Virus record (IMG/VR): IMGVR_UViG_3300023119_001218
Location: 1-24,233 of that record
Length of the DNA stretch: 24,233 nt
Reading direction: 5' to 3' (one strand)
Source of the DNA: a virus
Taxonomy: Duplodnaviria > Caudoviricetes
A program made the position numbers and the translations under genes. The notes beneath the pieces are model-generated. The model saw nothing but the letters and a program-made list of their open reading frames with translations. It was not told the DNA's origin and made no database searches. Positions 1 through 10,418 of this stretch are shown here, piece after piece (the stretch's first letter is position 1; each line of letters starts with the position of its first letter).

Positions 1-799
1 GACCCGGACCAGTAGAGCCACCATTTGAAATAGTCAAGTAACTGTCACTTGCTGCCATCCAGTTTATACTAGATATTGTTCCTGTAACTTCACCGGTAAT
101 TTTTCCATTCACACCATCTACTAATAGTGTTGAATCATCTGCAAAAACAGAACCTGTAATATCTCCAGTTGTTGACGAAATTACTAGACCTGTTACACTA
201 GCACCACTAAAATCAACAGTACCTGTGAAACTACTAGTTCCACTAGAAGTAACGTCACCTGTAATATCCCCTAGAACATTACCAGTTATATTACCAAGTA
301 ATGGGCCTGTAAAGTTTCCAAAAAACTCATTGTTAACTGCATCATAAGCAAGTGTGCTATCATCTGCAAATACACTACCTGTTAAATCACCTACAAACTT
401 TCCGTAAAATGTATTAGTATCAGAGTCAAAAGTTTTTGTACTGTCTTGTCCAAAAATATCACCTATAACGTCTTGGCGTTCTGTTGGAAGTCCGCCGTTA
501 ACACGCAACGATCCACTAGTGTCTACTTCTAGTCTAGCACCGTTTAAGTAGATAAAGTCTTTTACGTATACGTCAGCAAACCTATTAGTTGAAGTACCTA
601 TATCGTACTGCCCGTCTGCGTCTGGTACAAGACTCGCTCCAACTGCTGAACTGCTGCCAGTATCTGGATCAGCGCCTGCACTAAAATCTCTAGCGTACAG
701 TTCCGCAAAGTTGTCATTGATTTTATCAAATGCGCTGCGAAGCGGATCACCATCTCCTCTGTTAGGACTGGTACCGATATTAATTAGTTGTCTTGCCAT
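1..799 (-). CDS. Virion structural/fibre protein with T4 gp9/gp10-like N-terminus; partial, runs off the left window edge
   Basis: Not in the ORF track. Manual translation from ATG 799 is open to position 1: MARQLINIGTSPNRGDGDPLRSAFDKINDNFAELYARDF... It carries GDxTGSVFADDS repeats, has AAGGGG upstream, and its N-terminus parallels the 3030-aa protein. Confidence 0.85.
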   Translation of the reverse strand, partial: MARQLINIGTSPNRGDGDPLRSAFDKINDNFAELYARDFSAGADPDTGSSSAVGASLVPDADGQYDIGTSTNRFADVYVKDFIYLNGARLEVDTSGSLRVNGGLPTERQDVIGDIFGQDSTKTFDSDTNTFYGKFVGDLTGSVFADDSTLAYDAVNNEFFGNFTGPLLGNITGNVLGDITGDVTSSGTSSFTGTVDFSGASVTGLVISSTTGDITGSVFADDSTLLVDGVNGKITGEVTGTISSINWMAASDSYLTISNGGSTGPG

Positions 800-932
800 T
801 AGGTGCCCCTTGTACTCTTATTCGAAGAATGTTGTTTTGCAGAACTGCTTGACGCTCCTGCGGATTTTTTGTGTCGTTGTAGGCAACAGCCTTATTTTTC
901 TTAACCATTTTATCTACTTTTGGTTTATCCAT
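780..932 (-). CDS. Small basic hypothetical protein, 50 aa (MDKPKVDKMVKKNKAVAYNDTKNPQERQAVLQNNILRIRVQGAPNGKTTN)
   Basis: ATG overlaps the stop of the 3030-aa gene (TAATG). The ORF fills the whole gap and overlaps the next gene by 20 nt. It is below the ORF-track cutoff. Confidence 0.65.
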   Translation of the reverse strand: MDKPKVDKMVKKNKAVAYNDTKNPQERQAVLQNNILRIRVQGAPNGKTTN

Positions 933-3900
933 TAGTGTTTTCCTACTACTATTTCAATAACGCCTCTGTCGTTATCATCTTTGCTTTCAAGCGCCTTACC
1001 GATAACTGCACCAATTGCTGGAGTATTGTTTACTATAGCATATCCTGGAATTGCACTAGCAACTAGCAAGTCACCTTTTTGTACTTTTCCTAGAACCTTA
1101 CATGGAACACGCCCTTGCAGTGCAAGTGCTACTACATGCTCGCCTTCTAGTTCTGCGTTCATTAAGTGTGCAGGATTTGTTGATACAACACCTGCAACTC
1201 TATGTGTGCCATGATCTGTAGTTACGGTAAGTTCTGCGTCACCACCAAACACTAGTACAGTGCCCGGTTCATAATCTGCATCTGCCGTGTAGTTCTCTGC
1301 CAAGTCAGCGTAGTATGCTTCAGTAGCAGTTCCACGGAACAGGCTTGCAAATATTTCATTGTATTTTAGCGAAGCACTACCAATGTTGTATGTTGCATCA
1401 ACATCAGGTAGCACACCATCTGCATCAAATATGAATGGTGCAAAACTTGAGCTTGTTGCTACGTCTGCAACAACGATTGCAACTTGTCCTAGTGTTGTAA
1501 CACCAGTGTTAGCGCCAATTGCTATACCAGTTGATGCTGATCCTTTTTCTCCTGGTGCTTCAATAAACGAACTGTAAATCCAGTCAACTGCTAGACTTGG
1601 TTCACCGTTGAAGTTTGAAGTATTCTGTAGTGTACTTTCTGTAACACCAGTAGAACCAATATTAACCGAACCTGGTATTTCTATATCAGGTCCTGCTGTA
1701 ACAGCACCTGCTGTACCTACTGCTCTTAGTATTTCGCCTTGTGCAGGTGTTTTAAATACTAGTGTGGTTGTATCTAGTGATAATACTTCATAACTTGGAT
1801 CACCACCAAGTATCAAAGAGTTAACTTGAATACTACCACTAGCATCAGTTTTTACAATACTATTAACTTCACCAGTTGTTGACACATTTGAAATACCGTA
1901 AGTTCCTGCACCGGTTTTGATAAGTGCTTCACCCGGATCACTGCTTGATGCTATTAAACTTGACGGTTCAAAGTCTGCATCTGAAAGTCCACCACCTTCT
2001 GATATAACAGTACTGAATGGTACTTCGTCAATGTCATTATCTGAACTATCACCGCTCCAGTTACCTAGTACAGTACCATCTTGGATACGCTGAATTTTCT
2101 GTAATGGTAATTGTCCGTTGTTAATTGTTATCCAGCCTGTTGTAGCAGTAAACACATCATTATCAAAACTTGCTACTCCAAGATCGCTTTGAGTAATTCC
2201 TACAGCACTGGATCTTGTTGTCGCTGCATTTAAGTTTAATTTACTTTGTGCTATAGCGGCTGTTGCACTAACATCTGCATTAACAATACTACCTGGAGCA
2301 TACTGGAAGTTGATTGTTGTGTAACGATCTGTTACTTCTGATCCAACAACAGTAACTTCTCTGTTTGTATCAATAGTAATATCACTATCAGGATCCATTA
2401 CACCGTTGGCCCATTCGTCTACAGGTCCATCAATACATAATGCCTCAGCACCACCTAGAACAGCAATAACATCTGGGTCAGGTGATGAGCCTATTGGCTT
2501 ACCATCGCTAAACTCTCCAGTTAGTGGTTCATATATAATTTCAATTATATTACCTTCAACTGCAATACGTTCTATTACGTCAACTACTGTACCTGTTGCA
2601 CCTGTAATTGTTCCTGTAATTGTATCACCACGTTCGTATGGTCCACTAACAATTGATCCTGCATCTACGATTAGTTTTTTGTATTCTGTTGCAACAATTA
2701 ACTGTCCTTCAACTACTTGATCATCATTGTATGTTAACGAACGTAAATCTTTTAATTCGTCACTGTTTCCTAAGAAGTCGTCTACATAAGATTTAGTTGC
2801 TGCATCAGAGTCTGAAGTTGGTGTTGCTAGGTTAGTAATTGTGTTGCCTGCTGCGTTTAGATCGTCTGTCATTGGAACAGCACCGTTTGGAGCAAGCACA
2901 CCTGGGCCTAATTTATTAGCAACTGGATTACCGTTTACATCGTAACCTAAGCGTCTGTTAACATAACCACGTACAGCAAGTTCTGTTGGAACTGTGTCAG
3001 CAGCGTTATCAGTCATTGCTGTGTCTGTTGAGAATTCAGTAACAACCACACCACGCTTAAATCCAAGACCGTCAACATCTGAAAGTGCAATTGAAGCACT
3101 AAATGTAACAGTACCAGTACCTTGGTCAACGCTGAAGAAGCGTCCTACACGGAAGATACCGTTTTGGTCTGTACTTACATAGAACACACGACCTTTGCCA
3201 CGTTCGTCAACTTCGTTTGCTTGGTTTTTCTCTGCAGGCTCACCAAAGATAACGTTTGGATAGTTTGAATCATTAAATCCACCTGTACCAACGTCTAGGA
3301 AGTCATGTGATGTAGCACGACAGGTTGAAATGTTAATTGTAACGTCACCTGTAGCACCTTCAACTAGACCTGCGCGAAGTGTTACAGTTAAACTGCCACG
3401 CAATACTGGATCGTAAATACCTGTAGCGTCTGTTTGGTTAATGGTGTTGTAATCAGCAATGTCAACAACTACATATTCATTGTCTTCTGCTAGAGGAGAA
3501 ATAGTTTCTCTTGTTACTGATCCAGTACCATCTGTACCTGCTGCACCAAATGCAGTACCATCTAATGTTGCAGTTAGTGCAGCATCTGTGTATAGGTCTG
3601 CTGTTACGTTTACGCCAACAACAATATTATCAACATAATAAGTGTTGCCATTTAATTCTGTCATACCAACAACATCACTAAATGTAACTGCCTCACCACT
3701 TTGTAGGTTTATGTCACTGTTAAATGTTACATTTACAGGGTTAGCCTGTGTTGAAGCAGTAAGAGTTAATTCTGTAGTTACATCGTTAACTCCGCGAGCA
3801 TTAAATGCATAATGTTTTTTACCCTGCCAAGCAAACACCGGCGCTTCAACTAGACTTGCCTGTGTCCAACCTATTGGACGGTTTGCTTCTGGTGTTCTTA

Positions 3901-6900
3901 AGTTATTGTTAAGACGGAATATTTCATTACTGTCAAGTGTCGCCTGTAGAGCTAATACAACGTCTCCGATAGTACCACCTTTTTCAGTACCACCTGTTAA
4001 CGGAGTTGTACCATCAAACACATTTCCTACAACCTCTTGTGCTTTGTCAGATTTTACAAGCATTCTAATATAGTCATAACCTTCATCAAAACCTGCTTGT
4101 AAATATCCATCTTCAAGTTCATCACCAATACTGTTACTGTTTAAGAAACTAATTGAACGATAAATTTGTCCTGGGTTTTCATCAAATACAACCGCAGTTG
4201 ATGGACGAATTGTTAATACATCTGGTCTTGCCAAATCACTAATGACATGTGTTTGGTTTCTTCTATACTGTATAAGTTCACCAAATGGAGTATCTTCAAG
4301 TAAACCGTTAGTGCTAAACTGAGCATCGCTAGTTGAGAAATTAAGTTTGAAGACCCTACCATTAAAATATGGTGTACTTGCTTCTACCCAAATATTACCT
4401 TGTAGTGTAACTGCGGTAATTCCACCAGTACCATCTATTTCTGATACTTTGATTAAACAATCGTTATCTGGAGTTACACCACCTAAGTCTGCACCGCTTA
4501 CTAGGAATGTATCGTTAACAGTGTAACTTGAACCACCGTTTTCAATGGTTGCAGTATACTGATTAGCAATAGTTTTTTGAACATTAAACAATGCTCCTGC
4601 TGCAAATGCATCATCTGTAGTTGCAACTACTGTAATATCTGTTCCAACATTGACATATTCACCTACAGTATGTCCTGCCAATGCTGCTGAAGCAACTTCA
4701 TATCTTGCTATAACTGGAACACCTGGGTGATAAACATCAAATTCAGAACGGTTGGATGGCGGATCTTTGAAATCATATGCATACAAGAATAAGTTTTCTT
4801 CGTTGTTGCCGTATCCTGTTGAGTCAACAGTAGCCGGTACACTTCCTGCCCCAAGAGCACCTAGTGTATCACCTGTAAGTTGGTTTGTTGTATCAAATGC
4901 ACCTACAACGCCTGTTAGATAAATTACCCTGCTACCGCCTGTTACAACTGTACTATCTCCTAAGTCTGCCGTATCAACTGAAACAGTACCATATGCTGTT
5001 GAACCTGCTTGCGTTAGTACTTCGCCTGCTGCTATAATGTAAGGATCTGTAAGTGTTAGCACAACATCAGCATCAAAAACTTTTGCTGCTTGTATCATGT
5101 CTTCTGCAAGACGAACACTATCTGGAATTTCGTTTGGATCTGATCCTTCAGCAACTAGTCCGTATTCACCATAACATGAAGAACCAGTTAGCGATCTAAT
5201 CTCTGAACCATTCTTTGAGTAATATGATGTCCAACAGTAGTATGTAAACATAGACACCATTTCTGATAGCGCACCATTAACAGCAACTAGACCATATCCT
5301 AGATCGTTAATCTGTGTGAAGTCGTTTCCTAGTATTGATCTGTTACCTGCTGTTTGTAGTGTAATTGGTAATGGTGCAGCAATACTTTGAACAATTCTTC
5401 TTACAATTAAGGATTGTTGTTGTAGTATTTCGTCATATGCTGACTGTAGGGCTGCGTCTGCCCAAGTACGATCAGGAGTATCATCTGCAGGCATATTAGA
5501 TGTTTCACCATCTGTAATGACTGTGTTGATAATGTCTATCAAGTCTCCTGCTTCAGTTACTTCGGTAGCACTAGCAACATTACCAGCATTGTTATTATAA
5601 CCAACAACAGCAGAACTTCCATCTAACATAGCGCCTACGATTGTTTTTAATTGTACATATGCTGCGACTGTGGCTGCTTGTTCACCTGCAGGTAATTGTG
5701 CAACTGCTCCGTCAACATAAGATTCCGCAGCAGATTTTGTTCCTAAATTGCCTCCGTACTGTATATCGTAACTTAATGCGTCAACAATATATCTTACATC
5801 TCTTTCACATTTTACTGAATCATATGTAAATGACGGTGTAAAAGGTGCAATGCTACCTGCAACTTGTGTTGCAATCCAATCAGTTAATTCGGTTGCAATA
5901 AGGCTTCTGTTTAACTGAAGGATCTGTCTTGCATATAGTTTATTAGTATCTACACCAGGGTCAGTAAATGTAAGTGCGTCGACTACCCCATCGCCTGGTT
6001 CTGCTGTATAAGTTGTTCCATTTGTAATAATGTCAATTACTTCATCATATGCATCGCCAACACGAGTTGTTGCTGTTGAGTCTGCTGCTACTGAATCAAG
6101 TGCAAGAGTTTGTGTTTTACCTACGGCAATAGCAGCAGTAGTTTCTGCCAATTGATCGTCAATGACAACACTTGCAGTTCCTCTACGATATGCAATACCA
6201 TTGTATAGAGCATTGAAGTTTGTTCCTAGTACAGTGTCAAGTGCTACACCGTTAACGATAATGTTTGAGTCTCTTTCACACTTTTCTTCGTTAAATTCAA
6301 ATGTTCCAATTGAATCAAGATCAACACCAGTTGAAAGTTCTGAAGTTAGTCCAGTAAATCCTTGACCATCATTTGAGCTTGGATCAAGTATAAGATCTGC
6401 TGTACCAAAGTCTGGGTCATATAGTGTAACAGCGTTAACTTGGAAACGTCTACCATCAATGTAGAAAGCACACGGAACTTGAGGACGTCTTACAAACAAA
6501 CCTTGAGGGTCTGCTTGTGAACCTAAACTCTGTACTCTTAGGCGGAACGCTGATCCGTCTACACGTTCTGTAACCTGTACTGCGGAGTTACCAACAAACG
6601 CATCAACAAACAATCCTCCACGGAACGCTTGTTTGTTTAAACTTCCTGCAAAACCTGTACCTGTCTGACAATATGGTGATTTAGTAAGCACTTGCCCTTC
6701 TGGGTCAAGCACCATTTGGAAACCGCCATGTCCTTGACCAGTAATGTTACGTAGAATAGTTGCATCGTTCATTAAGAACACATCCATTTGGTCGTTTCTT
6801 AATGGTGGGTTATAATTTGCATCAAATGCAAAAGTAACAGTATCAACCAAGTTGTTAATTACAGTGTCTGGTCCGTCTATTTCTGTCCAGTAATTAGCAA

Positions 6901-9900
6901 TCTCAGTTGCATCAAAAGTGCTGCCTGATGTATTTTCAATTCTACACTGATAATATCTATCTATGCCAGCAAAGTTAAACGTTACAACATTACCAACTCT
7001 ATACAGCTCACCTGATGCCCATGTAGCAGGTTCTGCACTACCGTTAAATAGATCATAATCGTATACCAAGTTTGCGCCAGGAAGGTCCGGACGAACTGGT
7101 GCTGCGCCACTTGGACCATATAGTGTACTCGGCGCTGCTCCTTGTATTAGTTGTGCAGCAATAGTATAAATGTGTTGGATAGCGTCAGCAGTTTCGGCAT
7201 CTTGGCTTCCGTCTACAGGCAATGCGCCATCGTAATATTCGCCCTGTGCTTCTAGTGCAAATTCGTTGCCACCATTACGTAAGTCTTTTACAAGGGCATC
7301 AACAATAAGTCCTGCATCTCTAAAACATGTTGCTCTACTGTAAACACCGAGCAAAGCAGGATATGTTGTTTCTGTATAGTTTACAACTTGTTCTTGGATA
7401 AATTCTCTGTTATCTTCTAATACAAGTGCTGCTGTTTCCCATTTACCTACGTTAGTATAACCTGCACCAATGTTTTTAAGAGATCCTGGTTTTTTCAAAT
7501 AGTGATAACCAAAGTATCCATCTACTTCATTAGTTAATGGATTAATGTACTGTTTACCGTTTGGTACTGTTGCTACATTAAACGAATAACCAACGCCACC
7601 TATATCAGCAGCATCAATTGTAATAAGTTCGTTTGCTTGCCAATTTTCACCAGCATTTGTTACTGTAATGTCAGTAATTGCGCCAGAAGCACTTACAGTT
7701 ATTTCAAATTCAGCACCTTCACCGTAATACTGTGCAGTATATCCATTTGAAGGTATAGTGTAAGTTCCTGCGGCTCTTCCACTGTTAATTTGTGGTTCAA
7801 ACTCTAAACTTTCAATAGCACTGTTACCAAGCACTAGTCCGTCAAATACTGCATCACGATAGAAGAATGTGTTTGCATATCTTGATTGTGATACACGTTT
7901 CTTAGGACGAATAATTACACGTCTAAATTCATCACCTTTGATAGATACGTTTGCTGGAACACGAATTGGAAAATCTTCTTCGTAAATACCTGATTCAATT
8001 CTAATGCTAATTTGTGTACTAACAACATAGTTGCCGTACTCTAGTTCTTCGCCTTCTTCAAATTCAATTGGTTTTAAAAGTTGTATTTCAACTTCGTCTG
8101 TTTCAACAACACTAACCGCTCTTGGACCTGATTCATATCTATAATCAATAATTCTACCAATAGCACCTGAGTTTTTACCTCTTATAACCTTACCAGGTAT
8201 AATGTCTGTATTTTCTGGATTTGCTTGGTCAACAAAACCATAGTTACCATTTGAAATATTAATTTTATAAGTTGTTGTACCATCAACAATACTAGGTGCT
8301 TGTAGAGGACCATCGTTAATAACATCAATAACAGTATCAAACTTTGCTTCAGCAGCACTATCTGCTGCTGCATCTGGTACAATAGCAGGTTCAATGTACT
8401 GTTCAACACGGGTTTGATACAGTGTTGGCGGAGCAGTATTAGTTAAAACATAATCTCTAACAAGTGTTTTTGCATATTCAATACCTGCAATGGTGTATGC
8501 TTTTTGTGTTCCAATAGCAACAGCGGAACTTGCATTTGAATAATATGTAAGTCCTGCATAACGAGATAGATAGTTAGCATTGTTACCTAATAAGATATCT
8601 AATCTAACAGCATCTAGTATAAGTTGGACATCACGTTCACATATAGCAATATCGTAACTTTCTGCAAAACTTGGATATGTTGCATTAATATATGCTGTAA
8701 CTTCTTTTGCCACCCATTCTTTGTTTTGTAAAATAAGTGCGTTAGCATTTGTACGTCCGCTGATTGTACTTGTAATACCTGCTGTAACAACATCTGATTT
8801 ACCTAAACCGTTACCATATGTCATCGTTTGTTGATATGGACCCGGTTCTGGCGGAGCAGAAAGAATTATTTCTTCTGCTTTTTGTGCTGCTGCATTAATT
8901 GTTCTGTATGCATATGCAGGGTTACGTCCTTCCTTGCCGTCTGGTGTAAATTCTTGCGAGTCGCTTCCTGCTGTACTTACGTATAAGTTAACTGTACTTG
9001 TTGCTGCCGCATTATCAACATACAATTTTGTTGCTGCTTGTAAGTCATCAGGACCATTAGGTAAACCTTTTCCTCTAAGATCGCCAGGATGATCAAATAA
9101 ATTTAACGCACCTGTCATTGAGTCGCCTTGACGGCGAACTGCACTCTTACGAGGAATAGCAACGTTAGATAACCAAAAACCTTCTAGATCTTCATCATAG
9201 CCGCCATCTGTAATTGTAAATGTTCCGCTGCCGCCAGCAAGTAATATTCTACCTGTTCCGTCGAGGGCATCTTCTGCTGTCTCGTACAAGGAAATATGAT
9301 CACCATCTGGGATACCTAAGTAATAAGTTCCGCCAGTTACTACTCCAAAAGGATCAGTGCCAGTTGAATTAAACACAAACGGAGCACCAATATATGCATC
9401 TGATAATCCGTGGTTAAGTATTTCTAAGTTTCCTAATTCAAGATCTGTTGCTGTGAATGTATAACCGCTTGCATCTGCAGGTTCATCACCTAGTCGTAAG
9501 CCGCCGCCAGCAACTTCTTTTTCTTGATAATTTCTATCAGCAAAACTTTTGTTAATAACAAGATCACTTACAGTTAAATCTGTACCGTGAACAGAGTTAA
9601 ACGTATCAATTGCTGCTTGGTTAACTGTTACGTTAGCAATTGGCTGTGTAGCAGCATTTAATGGACCAGCAAGTGTAGGTTCTGGGTCATTAGCAACACG
9701 AGAAACTAATTGTTTTAATATTACTTTGCCGTCAACAGTGAAGTCAAATCCGATAGTATCGGGCGATCCGTCTAAACTGTTATCAGAAGCAAGTTCTAAT
9801 AATGCTAAACCACTGCCATCGGATTTAACTAGCGGAACTTTGTTTTCTTGTCCTTCATAGTTGTCTGGTGTATCACTTAAATCAGTAAAACTAATTTGCC

Positions 9901-10024
9901 CACCGATACCAAAAACTGCATACAGTTCTTGGAAGTTTTCGTTTACCTTACGAAAGGATTCACGAATACTATCACCGGTACCGTCGTTACCTGAAACACC
10001 AATATCAATATCTTGTCTTGCCAT
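932..10024 (-). CDS. Giant mosaic virion structural protein (baseplate/tail fibre or spike), 3030 aa
   Basis: gp9/gp10-like N-terminus (IDIGVSGNDGTGDSIRESFRKVNENFQELY); AATKxYVD fibre motifs; pectin-lyase-like beta-helix segments (YVSTAGSD, GIYEEDFPIRVPANVSIKGD); C-terminal ADLAENY...GRVPCKV...IGKALE resembling a peptidase G2-type intramolecular chaperone; GGAG RBS at 10031-10034. Confidence 0.85.
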   Translation of the reverse strand: MARQDIDIGVSGNDGTGDSIRESFRKVNENFQELYAVFGIGGQISFTDLSDTPDNYEGQENKVPLVKSDGSGLALLELASDNSLDGSPDTIGFDFTVDGKVILKQLVSRVANDPEPTLAGPLNAATQPIANVTVNQAAIDTFNSVHGTDLTVSDLVINKSFADRNYQEKEVAGGGLRLGDEPADASGYTFTATDLELGNLEILNHGLSDAYIGAPFVFNSTGTDPFGVVTGGTYYLGIPDGDHISLYETAEDALDGTGRILLAGGSGTFTITDGGYDEDLEGFWLSNVAIPRKSAVRRQGDSMTGALNLFDHPGDLRGKGLPNGPDDLQAATKLYVDNAAATSTVNLYVSTAGSDSQEFTPDGKEGRNPAYAYRTINAAAQKAEEIILSAPPEPGPYQQTMTYGNGLGKSDVVTAGITSTISGRTNANALILQNKEWVAKEVTAYINATYPSFAESYDIAICERDVQLILDAVRLDILLGNNANYLSRYAGLTYYSNASSAVAIGTQKAYTIAGIEYAKTLVRDYVLTNTAPPTLYQTRVEQYIEPAIVPDAAADSAAEAKFDTVIDVINDGPLQAPSIVDGTTTYKINISNGNYGFVDQANPENTDIIPGKVIRGKNSGAIGRIIDYRYESGPRAVSVVETDEVEIQLLKPIEFEEGEELEYGNYVVSTQISIRIESGIYEEDFPIRVPANVSIKGDEFRRVIIRPKKRVSQSRYANTFFYRDAVFDGLVLGNSAIESLEFEPQINSGRAAGTYTIPSNGYTAQYYGEGAEFEITVSASGAITDITVTNAGENWQANELITIDAADIGGVGYSFNVATVPNGKQYINPLTNEVDGYFGYHYLKKPGSLKNIGAGYTNVGKWETAALVLEDNREFIQEQVVNYTETTYPALLGVYSRATCFRDAGLIVDALVKDLRNGGNEFALEAQGEYYDGALPVDGSQDAETADAIQHIYTIAAQLIQGAAPSTLYGPSGAAPVRPDLPGANLVYDYDLFNGSAEPATWASGELYRVGNVVTFNFAGIDRYYQCRIENTSGSTFDATEIANYWTEIDGPDTVINNLVDTVTFAFDANYNPPLRNDQMDVFLMNDATILRNITGQGHGGFQMVLDPEGQVLTKSPYCQTGTGFAGSLNKQAFRGGLFVDAFVGNSAVQVTERVDGSAFRLRVQSLGSQADPQGLFVRRPQVPCAFYIDGRRFQVNAVTLYDPDFGTADLILDPSSNDGQGFTGLTSELSTGVDLDSIGTFEFNEEKCERDSNIIVNGVALDTVLGTNFNALYNGIAYRRGTASVVIDDQLAETTAAIAVGKTQTLALDSVAADSTATTRVGDAYDEVIDIITNGTTYTAEPGDGVVDALTFTDPGVDTNKLYARQILQLNRSLIATELTDWIATQVAGSIAPFTPSFTYDSVKCERDVRYIVDALSYDIQYGGNLGTKSAAESYVDGAVAQLPAGEQAATVAAYVQLKTIVGAMLDGSSAVVGYNNNAGNVASATEVTEAGDLIDIINTVITDGETSNMPADDTPDRTWADAALQSAYDEILQQQSLIVRRIVQSIAAPLPITLQTAGNRSILGNDFTQINDLGYGLVAVNGALSEMVSMFTYYCWTSYYSKNGSEIRSLTGSSCYGEYGLVAEGSDPNEIPDSVRLAEDMIQAAKVFDADVVLTLTDPYIIAAGEVLTQAGSTAYGTVSVDTADLGDSTVVTGGSRVIYLTGVVGAFDTTNQLTGDTLGALGAGSVPATVDSTGYGNNEENLFLYAYDFKDPPSNRSEFDVYHPGVPVIARYEVASAALAGHTVGEYVNVGTDITVVATTDDAFAAGALFNVQKTIANQYTATIENGGSSYTVNDTFLVSGADLGGVTPDNDCLIKVSEIDGTGGITAVTLQGNIWVEASTPYFNGRVFKLNFSTSDAQFSTNGLLEDTPFGELIQYRRNQTHVISDLARPDVLTIRPSTAVVFDENPGQIYRSISFLNSNSIGDELEDGYLQAGFDEGYDYIRMLVKSDKAQEVVGNVFDGTTPLTGGTEKGGTIGDVVLALQATLDSNEIFRLNNNLRTPEANRPIGWTQASLVEAPVFAWQGKKHYAFNARGVNDVTTELTLTASTQANPVNVTFNSDINLQSGEAVTFSDVVGMTELNGNTYYVDNIVVGVNVTADLYTDAALTATLDGTAFGAAGTDGTGSVTRETISPLAEDNEYVVVDIADYNTINQTDATGIYDPVLRGSLTVTLRAGLVEGATGDVTINISTCRATSHDFLDVGTGGFNDSNYPNVIFGEPAEKNQANEVDERGKGRVFYVSTDQNGIFRVGRFFSVDQGTGTVTFSASIALSDVDGLGFKRGVVVTEFSTDTAMTDNAADTVPTELAVRGYVNRRLGYDVNGNPVANKLGPGVLAPNGAVPMTDDLNAAGNTITNLATPTSDSDAATKSYVDDFLGNSDELKDLRSLTYNDDQVVEGQLIVATEYKKLIVDAGSIVSGPYERGDTITGTITGATGTVVDVIERIAVEGNIIEIIYEPLTGEFSDGKPIGSSPDPDVIAVLGGAEALCIDGPVDEWANGVMDPDSDITIDTNREVTVVGSEVTDRYTTINFQYAPGSIVNADVSATAAIAQSKLNLNAATTRSSAVGITQSDLGVASFDNDVFTATTGWITINNGQLPLQKIQRIQDGTVLGNWSGDSSDNDIDEVPFSTVISEGGGLSDADFEPSSLIASSSDPGEALIKTGAGTYGISNVSTTGEVNSIVKTDASGSIQVNSLILGGDPSYEVLSLDTTTLVFKTPAQGEILRAVGTAGAVTAGPDIEIPGSVNIGSTGVTESTLQNTSNFNGEPSLAVDWIYSSFIEAPGEKGSASTGIAIGANTGVTTLGQVAIVVADVATSSSFAPFIFDADGVLPDVDATYNIGSASLKYNEIFASLFRGTATEAYYADLAENYTADADYEPGTVLVFGGDAELTVTTDHGTHRVAGVVSTNPAHLMNAELEGEHVVALALQGRVPCKVLGKVQKGDLLVASAIPGYAIVNNTPAIGAVIGKALESKDDNDRGVIEIVVGKH

Positions 10025-10036
10025 GTTTTACTCCGT

Positions 10037-10399
10037 TTAGATCGCTGGCTGGCTTAAATTATCCATGTCAAAGTTTACACTAACGCCACAGCCGCAACTG
10101 CTCTTTGCATTAGGGTTGTTAATCTCGAACATTGCACCCATTATATCTTTTTTATAATTTATTTCAGTGCCAAAAAGGAACATTAAACTGTGCGCTCCGA
10201 CTACTAATTTGCCAGTGCCTGCATCAATTACATGATCGTTTACTTCAATACCGTCTGGAGAATCTATAGTTCCCCATTCGTATTCAAACCCTGCACACCC
10301 TCCACCTTTTATATTAAGTGATACTGCATAGCAATTTTGTTCGCTACAAATGGTGTTGATTTGGTCTTGAGCTGATTCTGTAAGTGTACAAATGTCCAT
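10037..10399 (-). CDS. iscA: HesB/IscA/ErpA family A-type Fe-S cluster carrier protein
   Basis: GGGCAGFEY and NPNAKSSCGCGVS motifs supply the three conserved Cys. ATG 10399 is preferred over GTG 10405 because AAGGAG (10410-10405) lies 5 nt upstream of it. Confidence 0.93.
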   Translation of the reverse strand: MDICTLTESAQDQINTICSEQNCYAVSLNIKGGGCAGFEYEWGTIDSPDGIEVNDHVIDAGTGKLVVGAHSLMFLFGTEINYKKDIMGAMFEINNPNAKSSCGCGVSVNFDMDNLSQPAI

Positions 10400-10418
10400 T
10401 TTCACTCCTTATCTAATA

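Noticed and set aside
711-935. Plus-strand 74-aa ORF in the track
   Set aside because: Antisense to two better-supported minus-strand genes (1-799 and 780-932); no SD.
981-8409. Short ORFs within or antisense to the 3030-aa gene
   Set aside because: Shadow ORFs expected from codon bias; no RBS or recognisable motifs.
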